Origin: an uncultured Bdellovibrionales bacterium
Lineage (GTDB): Bacteria > Patescibacteriota > Minisyncoccia > Moranbacterales > GWC2-37-73
Length of the DNA stretch: 52,257 nucleotides
Reading direction: 5' to 3'
NCBI GenBank assembly: GCA_964452415.1
Contig: CAYVME010000003.1
Location: 178 to 52,434, forward strand
Below the pieces are notes generated by a model that was not told where the DNA came from, searched no databases, and saw nothing but the letters and a program-made list of their open reading frames with translations. The position numbers and the translations under genes were made by a program. Shown here piece by piece: positions 1 to 8,600 of this stretch (positions are counted from its first letter, which is position 1; every line of letters starts with the position of its first letter).

Positions 1-62
1 GGTGACCAGACAAATTTTTGCGTCGGCAAAAATTTAGTCGAGGTCGATTCCTGCCAAGGACA
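1..62 (+). tRNA. 3' part of a tRNA (possibly tRNA-Arg) with a 40-nt hairpin insertion in the T-loop; 5' part lies outside the window
   Basis: Removing 4-43 joins GGT to TCGATTCCTGC-CAAGGAC-A, giving a T-loop GGTTCGATTCC, T-stem 3' strand, acceptor 3' strand and discriminator. Anticodon not visible, so identity is inferred from the acceptor strand only. Confidence 0.6.
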
Positions 63-75
63 CACTGTGAAAAAA

Positions 76-125
76 TTTTATAGAAAAATGTCAGGAATAT
101 TATGTCTTGACATTTTTCTATAAAA
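76..125. terminator. 21-bp inverted repeat after the tRNA, overlapping the next -35 box
   Basis: ttttatagaaaaatgtcagga (76-96) / tcttgacatttttctataaaa (105-125), one G-T pair. Confidence 0.55.
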
Positions 126-135
126 GGAGTATAAT
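107..135 (+). promoter_or_regulatory. Consensus sigma70 promoter
   Basis: TTGACA (107-112), 17 bp, TATAAT (130-135). Confidence 0.85.
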
Positions 136-212
136 ATAAAATTGGGCAAGGATAGCTTTTTAACAATTTTCCAGGCGCTTTGCGCCATATTTTCCAAGAA
201 CAGGAGGTAAAA

Positions 213-680
213 ATGTACGAAAAACCACTATTGCCAGTAATTCCACTGGAAAGACTGACGGAACTTTCAAGCACACATATTGCCAAATTGCTGAATTTTC
301 TGACCAATGAAGAGGAATATTTGCTTCACCAAATGGTTTTTGACAAAATACCCAATGAGCCTTTGTTTGAAAATAAAGCAGTTGGCAATTCTGATGGAGG
401 TAATGAGGGTGTTGCACATAATGTCGACAACATCCATGTTCGCAACTTGCTAATCCAAAAGAATCTACAGGAAATAAGCAAGGTTCGAGAAAAAATAACA
501 AATGGAACATTCGGCATTTGCGAAGACGAAGACTGCGAAACCGGGCTGGTGGAAGCAAAGCGACTTGTAAACAGTCGCTTCATGGCCACAAAGTGCATCG
601 AATGCAAGACGAGGGAGGAAAAAGGACTGCAAAATGGCGGAAGGCTTCAAGGCCCTGCAAGGCCAAGGACAATGACATAA
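213..680 (+). CDS. TraR/DksA-family C4 zinc-finger protein
   Basis: GTFGICEDEDC...RL...ATKCIEC C-terminal zinc finger after a coiled coil; SD AGGAGGT at 202-208 supports ATG 213. Confidence 0.75.
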   Translation: MYEKPLLPVIPLERLTELSSTHIAKLLNFLTNEEEYLLHQMVFDKIPNEPLFENKAVGNSDGGNEGVAHNVDNIHVRNLLIQKNLQEISKVREKITNGTFGICEDEDCETGLVEAKRLVNSRFMATKCIECKTREEKGLQNGGRLQGPARPRTMT

Positions 681-694
681 ACAGACAACATTCG

Positions 695-740
695 CAAAAG
701 AGCAATACTATTTCAATCGAAACAGTATTGCTCTTTTTTA
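695..740 (+). terminator. Intrinsic terminator
   Basis: aaaagagcaatact...agtattgctcttttt hairpin with T run. Confidence 0.7.
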
Positions 741-801
741 TTTCTAATATATCCGTAAATTATCACTAGATATCAAATATGCAATGAGATATAATAGAAA
801 A

Positions 802-2940
802 ATGATAGATATTACTCAAAAAATTGAAACACTTCCGCGCTTCAGTGAAAAATATGTCAGCGCGCTGAATAAACTTGGAATCAAAACTGTGGAAGATTTT
901 TTGATGCACTTCCCTTTTCGCTATGAAGATTATTCTGAGCGCACCGAAATTGAAAATCTTGCCAAGGATCAAACCGTGACCATCATGGGAGAAATCATTC
1001 AGAGCAAATTGGTCAGAACTTGGAAGAAAAAAATGATGATCACCGAATGTCACATCGCCGACGAAACTGGCAGTGTGCGAGCTGTGTGGTTCAATCAACC
1101 CTATGTCAGCGATTCACTCCTTGTCGGCAAAGGTGTGCGACTTTCTGGCAAAGTTTCCGAAGACCAAAACGGCTTTTATTTTTCAAATCCCGCTTGGGAG
1201 CTTTCTTCGCGCGAACCAACCAACACTGGCAGACTTGTTCCGATATATCCCGAAACTGAGGGGCTTACTTCGAAATGGATCAGATGGCAACTGCAAAATA
1301 TTTTCAAAGCTAATTTTGAAATTCAAGACCCAATTCCAGCAGAAATTCTGAGCGAGCTTCACTTGCCGGAAATAAAAACAGCACTGAAATACATTCACTT
1401 TCCCAAAACCGAAGCTGAGTCACTTTTGGCTCAGAAAAGATTTGCCTTTCAGATAATGCTCACCATGCAGCTGACATCACTGAAAATAAAAAAATCTTGG
1501 GAAAAAGAAAAAGCTCAGAAAATTATTTTTGATAAAATTGAAATTGAGAAATTCAAATCCGCACTTCCCTTTTCACTCACTGGTGCTCAACAAAAAGCCA
1601 TCGGAGAAATTTTAAGCGACCTTGAAAAAACCATGCCGATGAATCGCCTGCTCAACGGTGATGTTGGCAGCGGAAAAACAATTGTGGCCGCCACTGCATC
1701 ACTGGCAACAGTGCTGAGTGGTTTTCAAACAGCAATCATGGCTCCAACTGAAGTTTTGGCTCTTCAACATTTTGAATCACTAACAAAACTTTTCGCAAAT
1801 CAGAACATAAACATTGGACTACTAACAAACTCATACCAGATAATTCAGTCAGAAAGTCGAAAGTCAAAAGTTGAAAGCCCAAAAAATGAGGAGAAACCAC
1901 TTTCAAAAATAAAAAACAAAGAAAATTTGTTGAAAAATTTAATTGAAGGAAAAATTGATATTCTAATCGGAACTCACGCCCTGATTCAAGAAAAGATAAA
2001 ATTCAAAAATCTTACACTTATCATTATTGATGAACAGCATCGCTTTGGAGTCAATCAACGAGCATATCTTCAACAAAAAATAACTGAAATCAATGACGGT
2101 TTGCCGGAAAAAATCCCCCGCCTTTTAACAATGACCGCAACTCCAATTCCCCGAACTCTGACTTTGGCTTTTTTTGGAAATCTCGATCTTTCAATCCTGG
2201 ATGAAATGCCAAAAAATCGAAAAGTGATCGAAACAAAAATAATTCCCAACAGCCAACGGGAAGATGTCTATGATTTTGTGCGAGCACAAATCAAAGAAGG
2301 GCGACAAGCTTTTGTGATTTTGCCACTGGTGGAAGAATCAAAAGTTTTGACTGAACTCAAGGCCGCAACCCAAGAACATGAAAGGCTTAGCAAAAAAATA
2401 TTCCCTGGTCTCAAAATTGGACTTCTTCATGGAAAACTCAAATCCAGTGAAAAAGAAGATGTGATGGAAAAATTCAAAAACAAAAAATTCGACATTCTGG
2501 TTGCAACGAGCGTGGTTGAAGTTGGAATCGATGTGCCCAACAGCACCATCATGATCATTGAAGACGCTGACCGATTTGGACTTTCTCAACTTCATCAATT
2601 CCGTGGTCGCGTTGGCCGAGGCGAGCATCAATCATACTGCTTTCTTTTCACTTCCAGCAAAAGCATCAAATCAAAAGATCGCCTTCAGGCATTGGTGAAA
2701 AATTCTGACGGATTTTCCATTGCCGAAAAAGACCTTGAACTGCGAGGTCCGGGAGAATTTTTTGGAGCTCGCCAATCAGGCATTCCAGACACTGCCATGA
2801 AACATCTTGGCAATGTGAAACTCATCGAAATCGCCAAAAAATATGCAACCGAAATTCTTGCGACTGACAACGAACTGAAAAAACATCCCCTGCTTCAAAT
2901 AGAACTGGAGAAATTCTCCCAAGGCGTGCACCTTGAATAA
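802..2940 (+). CDS. recG: ATP-dependent DNA helicase RecG
   Basis: GDVGSGKT, DEQH, MTATPIPRT, QLHQFRGRVGRG, DLELRGPGE; start moved to ATG 802 because TATAAT at 790-795 lies downstream of ATG 784. Confidence 0.95.
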   Translation: MIDITQKIETLPRFSEKYVSALNKLGIKTVEDFLMHFPFRYEDYSERTEIENLAKDQTVTIMGEIIQSKLVRTWKKKMMITECHIADETGSVRAVWFNQPYVSDSLLVGKGVRLSGKVSEDQNGFYFSNPAWELSSREPTNTGRLVPIYPETEGLTSKWIRWQLQNIFKANFEIQDPIPAEILSELHLPEIKTALKYIHFPKTEAESLLAQKRFAFQIMLTMQLTSLKIKKSWEKEKAQKIIFDKIEIEKFKSALPFSLTGAQQKAIGEILSDLEKTMPMNRLLNGDVGSGKTIVAATASLATVLSGFQTAIMAPTEVLALQHFESLTKLFANQNINIGLLTNSYQIIQSESRKSKVESPKNEEKPLSKIKNKENLLKNLIEGKIDILIGTHALIQEKIKFKNLTLIIIDEQHRFGVNQRAYLQQKITEINDGLPEKIPRLLTMTATPIPRTLTLAFFGNLDLSILDEMPKNRKVIETKIIPNSQREDVYDFVRAQIKEGRQAFVILPLVEESKVLTELKAATQEHERLSKKIFPGLKIGLLHGKLKSSEKEDVMEKFKNKKFDILVATSVVEVGIDVPNSTIMIIEDADRFGLSQLHQFRGRVGRGEHQSYCFLFTSSKSIKSKDRLQALVKNSDGFSIAEKDLELRGPGEFFGARQSGIPDTAMKHLGNVKLIEIAKKYATEILATDNELKKHPLLQIELEKFSQGVHLE

Positions 2941-2994
2941 AAATGTCTTTTTTGATAAGATAAACAAGCATTAATCTAAATAATTACAACAAAT

Positions 2995-4416
2995 ATGAAC
3001 ATCAATCCTTCCATCTTTCGTGGTTATGATCTTCGCGGTATCGTAGACCAGGATCTCAATTCTGAAATAGTTGAACACATAGGAAAGGCTCACGGCACTT
3101 ACATGAAAAGGCTTGGGATAACCAAGGCTGTTGTTGGATACGATTGTCGTGCAACATCAGAAGAGTATAGTAACGCCCTAATTAGTGGATATTCTTGGGC
3201 TGGAATAGATACTATCAATATCGGATTAAATATGGTTGGAACTTTTTATTGGTCACAATATCTTCTTAATGTAAAAGGTGGTGCTTTCGTGACAGCGTCT
3301 CACAACCCGCCCGAATACAATGGTTTTAAATTTGCAATTGATTTTTCAGAAACATTAGTAAGTGATGGAATGCAAGAACTTAGAAGAATGGTTCAAGAAG
3401 AAGATTATGAGAAAGGTGTGCAACCTGGTTCCATAGAAAAAATGGACATCTCAAAGGCATACTTTGAGGATATCAGCAAAAGACTTCCTATTACAAAAAA
3501 ATTCAAAGTTCTTATTGATTCTGGCAACACCACTGCCGGAGTTATCGTTCCCGAAATGCTTCGCAATGCTGGTTGCGAAGTCATTGAAAAAAATTGCACG
3601 ATTGATCCAACCTTCCCTCTTGGCACGCCAGACCCAACAGAAACATTAGTTGCTGAAAGAATAAAAAAAGAAGTTTTGGAGGAAGGGGCCGACATTGGCT
3701 TCACATATGATGCTGACGGAGATCGAATTGGAATTATCGATGAAAAAGGAGGGATAATTTGGAATGATGTCTTGGTTGCAATATTTGCCTCAGATGTACT
3801 GCGTGGTCATCCTGGTGCGAAAATAATGTATAACACTCTTTGCTCGAAAGTTGTTGAAGACACCATTAAGGAAAAAGGTGGCGAGCCATTCATGTGGAGA
3901 ACTGGACACTCATTCCTAAAAAAGAAAAATCAAGAAGTTGGGGCTGCCTTTATTGGTGAACTTTCTGGACATTTTTTCTTTTCTGCTGATTTTTATAATC
4001 ATGATGATGGAGTATATTCAACTTTCAGACTCTTGAATTATTTATCAGAAACAAATCAGACACTTTCTGAGGCTGTTGAAAAACTACCCAAATATATTTC
4101 TAGTCCAGAAATAAAACTTGGATGTCCTGATAATAAAAAAGTTCAATTAATAGAGAAGATGAGTGAACTTCTTAAGAAAGATTTTCCTGAAGCTGAAGTA
4201 ATAAGCGATCAAAGAGCTGGTGATGGTGTTCGCTTAAATATGAATGATTCCATGTTCGTTGTTAGATATTCGCAAAATGGACCTTACCTTACGATAAAAT
4301 TTGAAGCTCAAACCCAAGAAAAATATGAGGAGTTAAAAAAGTATCTCAACAAACTCTTGCATTCATATGAAGATGTTGACTGGAGCTTTGGGGTTAACAC
4401 GGAAGGATTAGAATAA
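2995..4416 (+). CDS. Phosphomannomutase/phosphoglucomutase
   Basis: FRGYDLRG, TASHNP, DADGDR, GELSGH motifs. Confidence 0.92.
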   Translation: MNINPSIFRGYDLRGIVDQDLNSEIVEHIGKAHGTYMKRLGITKAVVGYDCRATSEEYSNALISGYSWAGIDTINIGLNMVGTFYWSQYLLNVKGGAFVTASHNPPEYNGFKFAIDFSETLVSDGMQELRRMVQEEDYEKGVQPGSIEKMDISKAYFEDISKRLPITKKFKVLIDSGNTTAGVIVPEMLRNAGCEVIEKNCTIDPTFPLGTPDPTETLVAERIKKEVLEEGADIGFTYDADGDRIGIIDEKGGIIWNDVLVAIFASDVLRGHPGAKIMYNTLCSKVVEDTIKEKGGEPFMWRTGHSFLKKKNQEVGAAFIGELSGHFFFSADFYNHDDGVYSTFRLLNYLSETNQTLSEAVEKLPKYISSPEIKLGCPDNKKVQLIEKMSELLKKDFPEAEVISDQRAGDGVRLNMNDSMFVVRYSQNGPYLTIKFEAQTQEKYEELKKYLNKLLHSYEDVDWSFGVNTEGLE

Positions 4417-4435
4417 AAAAAGAATCTTACAATAG

Positions 4436-4464
4436 AAAATCCGACAGCGATGTCGGATTTTTTA
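4436..4464. terminator. Bidirectional intrinsic terminator
   Basis: aaaatccgaca-gcga-tgtcggatttt between convergent genes. Confidence 0.8.
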
Positions 4465-4474
4465 TATTTTTATG

Positions 4475-4553
4475 TGTCATCCTGAACTTGATTCAGGATC
4501 TACGCAGATTCCGGATCACCCGTCAAGCGAGTACAGGCAAGTCCGGAATGACA
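4475..4553. repeat. REP-like palindromic element, copy 1, with nested insert
   Basis: tgtcatcctgaacttgattcaggatc...gattccggatca[insert]agtccggaatgaca; related to 15975-16035. Confidence 0.7.
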
Positions 4554-4557
4554 AATA

Positions 4558-5694
4558 CTAGAGTTTCGGTTGAGAAAAAAGTGTTTTGAAGCTTTCAGCA
4601 ATCTTATCAATAATAGTCGATTGCGGTCTTGGGGTTCTGAGCGCATATTCTTCAGAATTTGCAATGACCCCATCGCCGTCAACTGATTTCACACTAAAAT
4701 AATAGGTTTTTCCAGCAGTTAATGTTGTCAAAACAACAGCATGTTTTGTTTTCAAATCTTGGCTAACTAAAATTTCTTTTTTCTCATTTGATCTACCCTC
4801 TTCATATGCCAGAACTGTGGTTGATGGCTTGTTTGTGATCCAGGAGATAATTGTCTGGACTTTATTTTTCGGTTGCAAATGATTTTCATTCATCACATTG
4901 GAAATTTTAAGCACTGAGTTATCATCTTCATTATCGAAATTCTCAGATGATTCCATGATTGGAATTTTGACTATTTCCTTTTTTTCATTCAAATAATTTT
5001 CATTATTATTAACATCTTCAATTTCAGGTTTTGTCTGTTGCTCGCAAGCAGAAATAAAATCTCCAACAGTAAGAAACTTTATGGGATCCTTGCCATCCCC
5101 CCATGAAGTCACACTTTCAATGTTAACTTTTTCCGATGAATCCTTGGCCGTGATACGCACATAATAAACGAGACCCTCCTGCAAAGAATCAACTTGGATT
5201 ATATGCGTGACCGCATAATCAGCTTCAGCTGATTGACGTACCATATTGGTGTAATTTTCATCACTAAAAACCTCGACGAAAGCCTTGGTTGCAAGTGGCT
5301 TATTATCATTGGCACTGTCCAAAGTTTTAAAAATAACCGTTGCTTGATTCTTGGAAATATTCCCCAAGATAATATCGCCTCGCCCATTGGGAATGTACAA
5401 TTCTGATTTGATATTTTCTGGAAATATACCCAGGACAAGAAACATTCCTGCAAATAAAGATAGCAGAATCAAAAAAATGGTCACGCCTGTTCTCTTGAGT
5501 CTTTTTTGATATTTTTTAAGTTGAGTGTATGAAGTGAATTTTCCTTTTTTCAGTTTTGAAATCCTAATTTGATTTGTTGAAGCGTCGCAAAAAAACCAAC
5601 TTGAATATTCTTTCAATGATTTCACTAGTCGTGATGAGAATTTTTTTGTTTTCCTTTTCAAAATTTCAAAAATTAGAATTAAAACTTCGCCCAT
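4558..5694 (-). CDS. Membrane-anchored FN3 (purple-acid-phosphatase-N-like) protein, short paralogue of the upstream giant protein
   Basis: N-terminal TM helix; ISWITNKPSTT...HAVVLTTL..GKTYYF FN3 module; C-terminal domain homologous to that of the 2204-aa protein; overlaps its stop by 16 nt. Confidence 0.8.
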   Translation of the reverse strand: MGEVLILIFEILKRKTKKFSSRLVKSLKEYSSWFFCDASTNQIRISKLKKGKFTSYTQLKKYQKRLKRTGVTIFLILLSLFAGMFLVLGIFPENIKSELYIPNGRGDIILGNISKNQATVIFKTLDSANDNKPLATKAFVEVFSDENYTNMVRQSAEADYAVTHIIQVDSLQEGLVYYVRITAKDSSEKVNIESVTSWGDGKDPIKFLTVGDFISACEQQTKPEIEDVNNNENYLNEKKEIVKIPIMESSENFDNEDDNSVLKISNVMNENHLQPKNKVQTIISWITNKPSTTVLAYEEGRSNEKKEILVSQDLKTKHAVVLTTLTAGKTYYFSVKSVDGDGVIANSEEYALRTPRPQSTIIDKIAESFKTLFSQPKL

Positions 5695-8600
5695 CCAAAG
5701 ATATCAGTGAAGTTTCCAATAATAATTTGGATGATATTTTCTTTTCTTCTTGGGGTAAGAAGTGCATAATCAGTTGATTTGGCTTCGTTGCCTGACGCAT
5801 CCACTGATTTGGTGTTGAAGTAATAGACAGTGCCTGGTTTGAAACTGGTGATGACTGCTACATGGTTTGTGCTCAGTGCTTCAGAAATATTGATTTCTTT
5901 AGCTTCAGCATTTCTGCCTTCTTTGTATAGGACAGAGGTGGTTGATTGTTCGTCTGTGTTCCAAGAGATGATGGCTTGGACTTTATCGTTTTGAGCCAGA
6001 GCTAGATCTGTTTTAACCATATCTATCTTAGGAGGATTTTCGTCTTTTCCTGTGGTTAGATCTTTGGCGTCTGTTTGAGATTCTGTTCCTTGTTCATCTC
6101 TAGCTTGGATTTGAATTTTAAAGGTTGCTCCTTGGGTAAGGTTTTTAATTTGGATACTATGTTTGGTAGCCATCTCGTTGTCTGCTTGGGAGCCATTGTC
6201 AGCAGGGTCAGAGATATTGGTATAGATTACGGTAGCGGTAGTTGGGATATTGGTATTGAAACTTATTGTAGCTTCATGCTCAGTGATGTCATTGATGTTG
6301 ATGTTTGATACTTGGGCAGGACTCTTTGGTTCAAAAGTTTGATCTGAAGATGAATAGAGTTTTTTATCTTTATCTTGTCCTTTGACCCTGAAGTGATATG
6401 TTACTCCTTGGTTCAGGTTGGATAGTGAGATGGAATGTTCTTTAGTAAGGGTGTTTGATTCCTTTTTTTCTCCATAGGAGGTAGTGAGGCCATATTCTAC
6501 AATTGAAGAAGTCTCACTTGAAGTATTCCAAGTGATTTGAGCTTCTCCTAGGTTTAGAGACTCAGCTTTGATTGAAGATAGTGAGGATGGGGAGGCTGTG
6601 GTGAAGGAGGATTCGGCAGAAAAACCAATATTACCAGATTTGTCAGTTGAAGAAACCCTAAATAAATACTTTGTGGAAGGAATCAGACCACTCAAAGTTA
6701 CCAAGTGGGAAGTTGCAAATTTTTCCTTATTTTCATTTACAATTTGATCATTAGCGCCATTTTCATTTGTTGCAGTAATTCCATATCCAACAGAGCTACT
6801 TCCCACTTCATCTGTATTCCAAGTGATAGTCGCGCTCTCACCTGTTGTACTGGCAACTTTCACATTATTAATCACCGGAGAATTAATATCCAGTTCATCC
6901 AATGCAAACCTTTGCTTTGTGGTTTCAAAATCGCCAATCTCTGAATAAATCCAATTTTCAAATTTATCGAATTTATCTGACTCATCTTCCATCCCCACAG
7001 TTAAGATGTTGTCGTGACAAGACACATCATAGAGATACTTTGACTCTGGAGTCAAACTAGAAACAAGAATTGAGTGTGAGGTGTTGTAATTCTTATCTTC
7101 AGTATATCCGTTTTCAAAACTTGTGACTGTCGTTGCGCTTCCCACTATGACAGCATCTGTTTCAGCATAACAAAGAGCGGGTTGATCTGTAGTGAAGGTT
7201 ATGATGGCATTTGTGTCGCGCGTATTTTCCGCAGTAACATCCATGTTTTCAATTTTTGAAAGTGGTGGATGATCAAATTCAATATTTTTTGTCGTTTTAA
7301 AGTTATATTCTGCAGTGTCATCGTTAACATTCCCATTGATATCCATGGATTCGACCTTGAAATAATAATCTTCATCAGCAGCAAGCCCAGAAAGAATGAT
7401 GTAGTGACCCCTGTTGAAAGTCACGACTTCCTGATGATCAGGATATGGACCACCTTCAGTTGTCCCATAGGAAACTTTACTGGTGGCTGGCTCGTCAGTT
7501 GTCCAAGTGATAACTCCTCCCTCATTTGAGATAACAGGAATTTCTATCAATGCAATTTCTGGTTTTTTATTATCCTCAGTGGTTGTAAGTTCATAAAAAC
7601 TTCCACCATTATTATCCACAGCCTCATTTCCATCACCATCAATCGATTTAACATAGAAATAATATGTTTCATTTGGAACCAATGGAAGATCATTATAGGT
7701 TGTGATTGTTTGTGAGTGATAATATTCACCACTTGTTGGATTTCCAACAAGTTCAGGTGTTCCAAATTCTTTTGGATTAACCAGATTTCCATTTGAAATG
7801 TCTGTTGAATAAACAACGAAACTGGAAGAGTCCGTGGTTGTTTTCCAATTTATAGTGGCTTGAGTGTTTGAGACATTTGGAATTGTCACACCTGAAATTG
7901 CCGGTCCGGGAAGAGTATTGAAAGTGAAATTTTCAATTGCAGAAGCTCCATTGTTGTCCTTATCATTTTGACCCAAATTTCCCACAACATCATATGACTT
8001 AACTCTTATGTTGTATGTTGTTCCAGGAATAAGTCCAGTGAGTGTTATTGAGTGGCCAGGCTTCGATGGGTCACCTTCAGTATATTTTTCAACCATAGCT
8101 GCAATTCCTCGCTCAGGAAGATATGGGCAAAGATTTCCAGGAGCATCATCACAATCAACTTGCGAGGAATATCCCACGCTCGAATTGGCAGGTTCATCCG
8201 TATCCCAAAGAATTGTGGCTGAAGTCGTATTTATGCTTGTTGAGCGAACATTTGAAATTGTTGGTGGAGTTTGATCAGATCCACCTTGTCCATTTGGATT
8301 ATCATCAACCGCTGATGAATATTTCGATAGGTTGCCAGCACTATCAGTGGTTAAAATTTTATAATAATAGTGCTTATTCGTATCAAGATTAAAATCATTA
8401 TAAAAATTAGTATTAGGATCAGGTATACTTTCCACTCCAAGATAATTCAAAGTTGCATTTTGATCACTTTCCAGTCTTTCAGCTCGATAGATCTCATAGC
8501 TTCCAAAGCCAGCCCCAGATTGACCAGCAGAAATAACATCCCAAGCAATGAATTCCCTATATTCACCTGAAACATCATTCGAAGTGTCATAATACACAAC

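Noticed and set aside
7612-7620. DnaA box TTATCCACA
   Set aside because: Single copy inside a CDS; no cluster suggesting oriC.
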